Assembly (NCBI GenBank): GCA_013239625.1
Contig: MU054212.1
Location: 6,546,270-6,610,269, forward strand
Source: Lama guanicoe
Taxonomy: Eukaryota
Direction of reading: 5' to 3'
DNA length: 64,000 nucleotides
In this document: positions 1 to 9,821 of the stretch, one piece after another
Layout: each line of letters opens with the position of its first letter
Numbering within the stretch: the stretch's first letter is position 1
Translations under genes and position numbers: made by a program
Notes under the pieces: model-generated
The model's input: the letters and a program-made list of their open reading frames with translations, nothing else
Told to the model about the DNA's origin: nothing
Database searches by the model: none

Positions 1-1562
1 AGCAACAAATGTCCTTGACACTGAAAAGGTCCGTTTGGAAATCTGAGAAGTATTCAGAGCCCCATTGTTGTTTTTAATGCTGTTAATGGGAGACAGAATG
101 CTAATTAGTCAGATTAACTAAGTAGCTGAGTCATGCTGTAACCCTTCTTAAAAAAGAAGTGCCCATTTTGAGATGCTAAATGAGCCCATAAAGGCAGCCA
201 AGCGTACCATTCCTGAAAGATTAGAAAGAGCACCGATGAGGCTGTTAAGGTAGCTCGTGAATTAAGTTTTGTGTGTGTATCTGTATCTATATACACGTAT
301 CTATCTGTCTGTGGGGGAGTCAGTTTTCATCTAGGGGTTGTTCTAATAAGCACTTAAATAAATCCTGTCATAGACTTAGATTTCCAAGATATTTAATCAA
401 TGTATTCTTAAGGGAAAAAAAAAATCTCAATTTTTATTTGGAAAAAAATTCTAAAGCTTAAGAAACAATTTTCCTGAAAACCGTGGTTTTTGCATTATCA
501 GTAGAGGGGCCAGAATGGTGGAGGCAAGTTCTGAGACAGATAGATAGAGCAATAAGATATGAGAATTGCTGGATTCAGCCACACTTGGGAAGGGTGTCCT
601 CGCTAGATTTCTTAGGCTTTTGTCAGAGAATCTAATTTCTGAGCTACTTACCTGCTGGTTTTACAGCCTTTTGCCCCCTTCTCCGTTGGTTTAGTGATTA
701 CCCAAATAGAAGGTTTTGATCCAGAGTTCCTTCTAGACGTGTTGGTGGACAGCCCAGAATGGTGTTTGTTCTTCACATCTGAGATTGTATTTCAGTTTCT
801 CCCACTCCCAGCACAGTAGGATCATTAACAGGAAAATCAATGCAGGGTAACTGGTGCCCACTGACTGCAAACAAAATACACAGCAGAACTTACGAGTGTA
901 GCTCTGATAGGAAGACCAAGCCCTCAGGCCCTGTCAGTTCTCCCAGCACGCCGACCAGCAGTACTGAGAAACCAGCCTCTTCTGCTTCGGATGCTCCAGG
1001 TTAAGGCTGTGATTACAAAATGCATGTCTTCCTTTCTCCATCCATTATCTTTAACGCCCTCTTAGGAAAGGAAGTACTTTCATTTTATCAAAAGCAAGTA
1101 AGAGAAGAAAAAAAAAATCATGGAGCTGAGATGGGCTAGTTTTGGTGAGTAAGATGGTGCTGTGTGCCGTGGGGAGGTGTCTTCATGATGGTAAGCCCAG
1201 GAGACAGCCTGTGTTTGGTGTCACTGCGCTGACTTGGCGTGGCTCCGAGCAACTTCAGGTTTCTTCTGACGGGGCGAAAAGAATGCCTGGAGAGGGATAC
1301 GCCCTCACTGGCACAACTGGAGGTGAAAAAACCAAACCTATTTGGCTTATTATACTATGTACTTGTACATGCCATTTGGATTCTATTTAGGGTTTCCTGG
1401 GGTTCACACAATATTATTTTGAGTAAAGGAATGAGAGACTCAAGTTTTAGAAAGACCATTCTGGTGGCCAGCAGAGCAAAGAGAAGCAGGGAGCGCAGAG
1501 GGAGAGAGACCAGTGGGGACGGGGGTGATGTCACACTGCTTAGGGACTCTGTCCAGGTGCCT

Positions 1563-1715
1563 GCTGTTACTTAAAGGGTGATGCCCCTTCCCCCTACCGC
1601 AGCACAGACATCACCTGAGAGCTTGTCGGAAGTGCAAATCCACAGACCCTGCCTGACTAGTGTGTCCAAATCTCTGGGGCTGGGGTCCAGGAAAGTCTTC
1701 AGCCCCTCCTTAGTA
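1563..1715. mobile_element. MER5-family hAT-Charlie MITE remnant
   Basis: cagacatcacctgagagcttgtcggaagtgcaaat...ctctggggctggggtccagga resembles the MER5A/B core. Confidence 0.6.
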
Positions 1716-2576
1716 GATTCTTAGGACACTGATGGAAACAATACCATGGGGGTATCGTCTGCCACATTCTCCTTTGGACACCTGCACGTACACCTGGATC
1801 CACCCTTGCGTTCCTACCTGCACGCGTGTACTCTGCAGGGTTAACTTTCCATCCCAATGCAACCAGGGAATGCCTCTCAGCGACCAGGGTTCCACTTGGA
1901 AAACCACAACTTCCAGGGAATAAATCAGGCTACCTGAGAATACTTTAGTTCTCTTTACTTGAGAGGAGTGTTTCATCAGCTTCGATTCATCCAAGGATCT
2001 GGCTTGCAGAGTAATAATAATCACTTTGATGACAACCGGCATTTGTTTAAGGGGGGATGGATGATGGCTGGGATGGAGGTCTTAAGTGCTGAGCAGCAAT
2101 AAATCCTCTCCCTCTGTCTTTGTGGGCTAGGATAGCACTAATCATTTTCTTCCTTCCTTCCTTCCTCTCAGGGCTCTGCCTAGGCAGAAAAAAGCAGGCA
2201 GCAGCTTAGTGGGGGTGATCTCAGGGACACCACAGGGACCTCCAGGCAGCCCTAATAACCTTCCCGTCTGCCAATGTTTCCCATGTACTTGCAATTTTAT
2301 TACTTTCTTTTATTACTTAAACCCTGGTTACTTGAAATATGAATTTCCTCTCAGTGAGTTGTAATTGAAGAGTACCCTTTAAATGAATTTGAGGAGGACC
2401 CCAAATATGTATATCTTTATCTTAAAACTTACAGTTACTATAGTACCAACATTACATACATTATACTAATGCAAAAATAACAGTGAAAATATAATTGTAT
2501 GTAAATTATACATTTCCCCCCCAATCACCAGTGGACTGGGCGGCAAGTCCTACTTTGCAAATTCCTGCTCTAAAAC

Positions 2577-2735
2577 TGAAGGTCTTAATCTGGGAAAATG
2601 CATGAGTGGGCTTCAAATGGTCACTCAACTCCCTGACATATGTGCAAAACTGATAAGCATTTTTCTGGAGAGAAGAGTACCTAGAGCTTTCTTAGAGGGG
2701 TTTTTAAACTCAGAAAATATTATATAATCACAGTT
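2577..2735. mobile_element. MER103C-like hAT-Charlie remnant
   Basis: ggtcttaatctggg...gggcttca...tgcaaaa...catttttctggagagaag resembles MER103C. Confidence 0.5.
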
Positions 2736-3150
2736 AAGGGATAGAAGGAGCTACAGACAGAATTCGCATGGGGTGGAGGAGAAAGGCTTGAGTGAAAGGA
2801 ACGAAGTTACTTCGTGGGCATCTGCTGTAAATTCGATGTCGTCTCTGGAAGTCTGACTTCTCTGGTCTCACTTGGGCTTCACAAATCCTGCTGAAGCAGC
2901 CATTGCTCTCTCTGTCTTATAAGCAGGCAAACAGTGACTCAGGGAAACGAGATGATTTCCTCAGGTCTTCCTCAGCAGGACTGGGGTCCATTTGGGTTTT
3001 GAGGAGGGAAGACAGTGGGCGCCTGGATTTGAAGGGCTTCAAACAGGGAAATTAGGGACTTCACAGAGACGCTTCCCTTCTACTGGACTCTGAGGAAGAC
3101 AGAGTGCTCCCCTCATCCAAGGCTAACCCCTCCAGTTGTGCCATTGGCTC

Positions 3151-3637
3151 TGTTACCGACTCCAGGCTTGTCCTGTTCACTGCACGACAGGCCAATGAAT
3201 GAAGGGATGAGTTGTTGGGGCGAGGAATAGTAACTATTCAGAAAGCCAGCAGACCGAGAAGATGATGGACTAGTGTCCTGAAGAACCATCTGGCCCGAGT
3301 TAGAATTCAGGCTTCTTTTATCCTAAAAGAGGAGAGAGGAAAGCCAAACATCTCCTGTTTCTGGTCAGCCTCTGGAGGGGATTTGTTCATTTCTTCCTTC
3401 CTGCAGACATTCCCAGGTGGGCCTGGTCTGGATGTTTCCTGTGAGCTAAACAAAGGTATTGTAGCTTAATGTTCATTACCTGGGAAGTAGGATTCTCAGA
3501 CATGGGCCATTATGTATAATTTAAGCTTATAGGCAACATCCCTTTAGTGATGAACTTGTAGCAAAAGCAATAGATACAAAGGTCAAAATAAAAGAAACGG
3601 GCCTAATATGGAGTCAGATTTGTTCTTCCCTATTACA
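3151..3637 (-). mobile_element. Solo ERV1 LTR, MER41-like
   Basis: TG...CA termini (tgttacc...tattaca) and a 4-bp TSD gctc/gttc. Ends in the ...atggagtcagatttgttct motif typical of MER41-related LTRs. Appears to interrupt an L2 fragment. Confidence 0.75.
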
Positions 3638-4214
3638 GTTCCTCCTCCTTCTGCCTCTTCTGGGCCCATCTCTATCAAGTGTGCCCTCTCTCTTTTATGT
3701 CTTCAGTCTCCTCCGCTGCACTGAGGATCCTCAGAAGAAGGGTCAGCAGAGGGCAAGGGGTGTGTGATGAAAACCAAACCAAAACCTTTCCAGGTAATGA
3801 TGCAGTCTCTGGTTCATTGTCCCCTCCTCAACTGAGAACTGTTCTCTCCCCTCTGTATTTATCCTCTATTCCCCTGCCTATGAACAAATGTAGCATCCCC
3901 TATTTACAGAAGAAAATTCCCTTGAAAGTGACATTTTCCTTCTTTCAATCTCCCTCTTTCAGCCCCCTAGTATTTTCAAAGTACAACTCTGTTCCTATGG
4001 CTTTGGTGCAGAAACACCTTCGATTAAAGTACATCTAACAAGATTTGTTGTCTACCCATCTTCCTCCTTCATTAGACCATGAAGGTCTGCAGTAGTATAT
4101 TGTTTTGTCTCCTGGGCCTGACAGAGAGGTGGGAACAAAGCATGGTCATGCATGTATGGGGGAGGAATGGCTAGATTCCGTTGTTGAAAATCACAAATCA
4201 AACCCCATGCTGTA

Positions 4215-4305
4215 TAGGGTGAGCAACCATAGTGGTCTCCCCAGGGCTAAGGGGCTTCTCAGGGTGCAGAACTTTCAGCCCTAAAGCTGGCCGGAATTGG
4301 CTCCC
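4215..4305. mobile_element. MER94-like hAT-Blackjack remnant
   Basis: tagggtgagcaacc...gggctaaggggcttctcagggtgcagaactttcagccctaaa matches the MER94 pattern. Confidence 0.6.
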
Positions 4306-4644
4306 TTCGACCTGATATTCTAGACCCACGTGATCTGGCCGCAAGATTTTCCGAGCTCAAGTTGTATTAGTTCCTCAAAGATATCCTATGTTTCCAAAAA
4401 GAAAAGAAAACAAAGCATATCTTTGTAGTCCCCAGAAGATGGATCATTTGCTAAATCTGGGATGTGAATGCAGGGCTTCAAGTCGGGTATCATGAGAAGT
4501 GGGGGCGCTATTTTGGTAGCAGTTGGTTTGGTGTACAGCTGGAGGTCATGGAGGTGGAGCTGGCCCAGATGATTAGAAACAGGGATATTTGGATGGGGGT
4601 GGGTGGATGTGGGGTGGTTAAGTCTGCTGTAGGGCAGGACTTCT

Positions 4645-4804
4645 CCAGCAGCATCGCCTCGCCTGGGAAGTTGTATGAAGTGCAAATTCTCAGGCCCCAC
4701 CCCAGACCTACTGAATGAGACATTCTAGGGGTTGCCCCCAGCAATCTGTCTTTCAGCAAGCCACATAGGGGATTGTGATGCATACACAAATATGAGGGCC
4801 ACCG
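4645..4804. mobile_element. MER5A hAT-Charlie MITE
   Basis: gcaaattctcaggccccaccccagacctactgaat...cccagcaatctgtc is the characteristic MER5A core. Confidence 0.85.
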
Positions 4805-7156
4805 TCTGGTGAAATGATCTCTTCAGTAGGATTCAGAAACCTGGATTGTGGTGTCAGTTGCCACAGATTATCAGTGAGATTGTGGGGCCTCCAAATCTCT
4901 AGCAATTAACTGAGGGGGCTGGAAGGGATAATCTCTGAAGTTTGAAGGAAAGTCCTTTCCCCCAGATAGCTCTAACTCGCTCTTATCAGTCTATATGCAA
5001 CTATAATCCTATAATCTCAGCCTGTGTCAATACCTTAGTGTGTAATGAACGTTTGTCTACGCACTGCTCCCCGCATGGCTATTGCTGTGCTGGGCCTTAC
5101 GCTAGAGGTATGCTGTGAGCTGACCGAAGCTGATTTAATCAACAGTATGACGCTCTTTTAGGAACATATTGGTAGCTTGGTGAGGGTGATAGATTTCTTG
5201 GACAGAGACAGCCTTGACACCCAAGTTTTAACGACAGCAAGGCTTAGATCAAATTCTGCCACACATACTAACATTTGTAGTCAGGAGACACACAGGAGCT
5301 TTACGAGCTTGATAAAGTCCTAGCAGTGGGTCCCTTTGAGTGCTCCCACAGCTCCTCGCCCAGACGGTTCATCAGAGGCAAAGAGGCAGTCATTTAGCAG
5401 CAGGATTCAGCGAACATTCCAGCCAGATTCAGACGAGTAGAATCCTCTGAGTCAGCAGCTGGACGCAGGACAATTTCCGCATCGAGCCTCAGGCACGGCC
5501 CTAATTGCACAGGCTATTGGGCTCGACGGATTCTTACGCCCCGTTCGCGCCTGAGTGGGACGCCTGCACAGCATCTCGGTCAATACGCATGTCCTGATCA
5601 CCATTCATTTCACCAATGAAAAATCATTTCTCGTATCTGTGACTCTAACCGAGAAAGCCTCTGGAGTTGATTGGCCATAAAGATAGCTGAAGTTTTGCTG
5701 GAGCTTCATGTGGAGGGCGAAGTTTCCATTAGAGTCTTTCAAATTCTGACTGCCCCTGGAGTGGGGATTCTCCATGAGGGGACTGACCTCCCTCCCTCCA
5801 GCTAGACGAACACTACCTAACAAACACACTGTCTGTGCGGAAGTATACAGAGAAACGTAGCGTTAAGAATTCCGTAGTATATAAAAATGCTGTATTTTTA
5901 GGTCAGAAATTTATGGTTAAGGTTGGTAATTTTATATGATTCAACCTAAAAACATAGTCCTTGAGCATCTCTGAATACCTTGTGCTAGCTCTTTGTTTTT
6001 TCTCTCCCCATCCTTCCTGGTCTCCTTGGGGGCCCCACCAGCATCTCCCCGCAGACACTGACCTCAGTTCTCTGCCTGAGATGATCCGTCTCAGTCTTTT
6101 ATCAGCAAAATGCCAATCTTATCTGAGATAGCACCTAGACCCCCCAAATATACCAGTGTCCTCCTAGGACATCTTAAACATCCCATGCTAACTGCCTTCT
6201 GAGCGCCGTATTGTAGATCCGCTGTTAACACCTTTGTTCTGGCCCCTGGGTTGCGAGCTCCCTCACTGCTGGGGCTGGACCTACCTAATTGCCAAGACAG
6301 AGCAGAGGGCAGCCAACAGTGCCTTGTGCTCCATAACAGGCATCTTTGAGAAGTTTTCTTGGGAGGGTGAATGTGCCTAATCTGCGTGACAATAATGTCC
6401 CCAGTGGACAATATGAGGCACGTTACAATGAAGTGCTAAATGTTGCGGTCTGGTCTGAAAGTGCCATAAGCAGTTAGGGAGAGAAGAATGAAGGTGAGGC
6501 TGATGGAAAACCAACTAAAGACATTGTGCAGATGGGGCTTTGAGCCCTTGTCCTAGGTTTCCTGGTCCTAAGAGACGACGGAGGAGAACCCAGGCCTCTC
6601 TGATCCACCCACTGGGCTCACCCTGGACCATTCTTTGTAGAACAGTGAGGCTCCGATTAACCTAGGACAGAACCCCGGGCATCGCCAGATCTGCGCCAGG
6701 CGACAAACAGAGGGATGGGGGCGGAATAACAACAGCGGTTACCTCAGTTAACACAGAAATGATGTCATCCAGGAGCACTCGACCAATTAGCATATGATTT
6801 CGTGTAATAAGAAAGGGAGAAGGGAGGGGGTGAGAACACAAACGCATGTGCGCAGGCATGAGAGAGGACGCAAAAGACCGAGACTGCTGGGTTTCGACGC
6901 TGGGGAGTGCTCATTCGCCAGCAAGAATTCCACCCAAAAAGGAAGATTACTGTGTCCCTGCCATTTTTCGAGCCCGGCATATTATCTATTGCAGATTTGA
7001 CATCTTACTTAGGCCTGTGCCAGTCTGATTTTAGGAAGAGTGTACATTATTTACATGAAAACAAATATGAGCATTAGGAGGCACTTTTCCCCTGCGTGCA
7101 ATTCCTGCTAAAGAATTTACATTCTTCTAATTTGCTGCTTTACTGCATCACTTAGT

Positions 7157-7461
7157 ATCTGCCTGAGATGAGCACAATGTCCTCAGCTGGGAAGGTGCTA
7201 AGGAAATTTACCCTTTTTGCACTGAATCACTTGCTCTCCTCCTTGAAGCTACCAAGCTCTTGCTCACTTGAAATTCCCTTTTCTAATCACCTGCATTGTT
7301 CTGCAGGTATCAGCTGATCCCCGAATCATGATGCAGGCTCGGGAAGATGCTTGATTTCAACATTGTGTTCTGAGTGTCCAGTTTTTCTTCTCAGATTGAA
7401 AATGGCCTTTTCAATAACAAATGGCAGAGGCGTGTGTTTTATTGACGTTGCAATTGATGGA
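7157..7461 (+). repeat. Left arm of ~305-bp inverted duplication (partner 9515-9821)
   Basis: Hand alignment to the reverse complement of 9515-9821: 7181-7350 vs 9800-9631 shows 9 mismatches in 170 ungapped bp, with a 50-bp perfect run at 7200-7249. Confidence 0.97.
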
Positions 7462-9286
7462 TTCCTCTTTAGAATGGAGGTTCCGAGTGTATTTTAGCAA
7501 CACACAAACGTGAATACCATCTGGTGAGCTGCTTCCTGCAGAGTTAGGATAAACATCATGAATAGCATTAACGTAAACCACATGTATTAGTGGTACCCAC
7601 CCGGCCAGCTCAATAGACTTACAGACTGAAGCTGAACCAGAAAAGCTCTGAGGAAACCAGACATTGAACTGCGGTGGTGTCCGGAGACTTTGGTGTGCTT
7701 TCCGCTAGGAAAAGGAAGACAGATTTAGAATCTTGCTTTAAACACACAGAAGTACAAACGCCCAGGCTTTTGCTTGCTGCCTTTAGATTCTTAGGATTAA
7801 GAGTACTCCAAGAGGCCAACTCTGAAGGCAGCTTTTGATGTGATTGCGGACTTCTGTCGCTCACAAATTCTATTAAAATGAAAAGAAATACAGAAAACTC
7901 ACTGAAGGTCTTTGAGGCATCGTGGGCCTGTGCATTGGCAGCTGTGCCCACCGCACTTAACCTGAAAGAAACACTGGCTCGTGAAGAGGTTTTGTGTTTA
8001 TTGAGGACAAATTGCACAGGTGATGCTGGTCTTCATCGGGACAGGGCAGAGGCAATGGAGAGCCTGCTGGAGTCACGTTAATAGAGGGTAATCTTTGTAG
8101 CTGTGTTTTATTTTCAAATATCAGTAGGGAGCAAGCTTCTCTGCTGTGTGGTTTTTGCCCAACATTTTATTGACATAATGTGGCTTGGCTGGATTATTAT
8201 AATTATAATGGATGGGGGCTATATCCATTACTGCAACCTAGGTTTTGAAGTTTTTTTTCCCAAAGGGTTTGCTCTATTCTTGTGTCTGTCTCCTGCTGCT
8301 TAAATTCCCCACAGACGGAGGGAGAAAGGAATAGGACATTCTTTGCTCTCCACTGTCCATCCCTCTCTGTCTTGTTATTTATTGAGTCTCTGCTACATGC
8401 TAGTTGTTGTGTGCTAGCTGCTTTCTGCTGTTCCTGAATTAGCCCCACACCTATTTTGAATTTCACATCATCTATTTAGTTGCCACTATTGACCATGGGG
8501 AAGGGTATCTCTCATCCTTTTTCTGTTTTGGCCACCAATTCGCATTTTCCTTTCCTCACACCGAGACCTCTCAATGTCTTGACATCACAACCCACATCAG
8601 TAAGATTGGTCATGAGTTACAATTGATGCTGGATTAAAGATATACAGGGGTTCATTATACTATTTTTCTACTTTTATGTGAGCTTGCAGTTTGTCATTAT
8701 AAAAAGTTGAAACAATTCATGTTGAGCACCCTTCGAAAATCCAGGTCTTAGGGTTCCTGAATATGATCTCCACCTTCATTTCAGCTCCCCGGGCAAGACC
8801 ATGTTAGAATACAATATCACTCAGACTTTTTCTCCCCTAAGATCTCCAACCATGATGTTTCCTTATCTGGGCTCACTTTCCACCTTACCCATCACTACCC
8901 CAACCCTCCTACTGAATTCATTACTGACCAACATCCAGATCTCAAATCCTCTTACTATTGTCAGTTCTCAGAATCCATTTGTTTTCATTTTGGCTTCAAT
9001 TAAGCCCCTGGCTAGCCTGGGTCCCTTGGATTGGACAACAAAGTGATTCTCCTACCACCACCCTAATTTGCTACTCACTTGTCTTCATATGGTTCCTACT
9101 TCTCCAGTTTTCATCTGTGGAAGCCCCACTACATTTTTTTTCTCCTGCTTACTCGCATAGCAAATATACCCCAGGCCACATTAGCTGGGTCCAGTCTGTA
9201 TGCCAGAAAGTAACAAATATTATAACTTCATGGAATAGCTTATGAGCTTCCATCATTCCTTTAACTCACATCTTAGCCATCCAGAG

Positions 9287-9492
9287 CAGCACTGTCCACT
9301 AGAACTTTCTATGATGAGTGCAATATTCTGTGAATCACTATGGTTCAAAATGGCAGCCATAAGTACTGCCTACTGAGCACTTGACATGTGACTAGTGAGA
9401 CCGAGAAACTGAAATTTAATCGTATTAAATTTTCATTGATTTAAATTTAAATAGCCACATGTGGCTAGTGGCTACCATGCTGGACAGCACAG
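9287..9492. mobile_element. MER3 hAT-Charlie MITE, near full length
   Basis: Termini cagcactgtcca / tggacagcacag, internal tagccacatgtggctagtggctacc, degenerate 8-bp TSD atccagag (9279-9286) / ctctagag (9493-9500). Confidence 0.9.
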
Positions 9493-9514
9493 CTCTAGAG
9501 CTTTGGGGCAGTGT

Positions 9515-9821
9515 TCCATCAGTTGCAACGTCAGTAAAACACATGCTCTGCCCTTTGTTATTGAAAAGGCCATTTTCAATCTGAGTAGAAATACCGCAAA
9601 AGTACACTCAGAATAACATGCTGAAATTAAGCATCTTCCCAAGCCTGCATCGTGATTTGGGGATCAGCTGATACCTGCAGAACAATGCAGGTGCTTAGAA
9701 GGGGGAATTTCAAGTGAGCAAGAGCTTGGTGGCTTCAAGGAGGAGAGCAAGTGATTCAGTGCAAAAAGGGTAAATTTCCTTGGCACCTTCCCGGCTGAGG
9801 TTATGCTCATCTCAGGCAGAT
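9515..9821 (-). repeat. Right arm of ~305-bp inverted duplication (partner 7157-7461)
   Basis: Same alignment. The arm begins 14 bp after the MER3 target-site duplication. Confidence 0.97.

Noticed and set aside
7157..9821. Inverted arms as terminal inverted repeats of a DNA transposon
   Set aside because: No flanking TSD seen, no transposase-like ORF in the spacer, and the spacer holds ordinary genomic sequence with old L1/L2/MER3 fragments.
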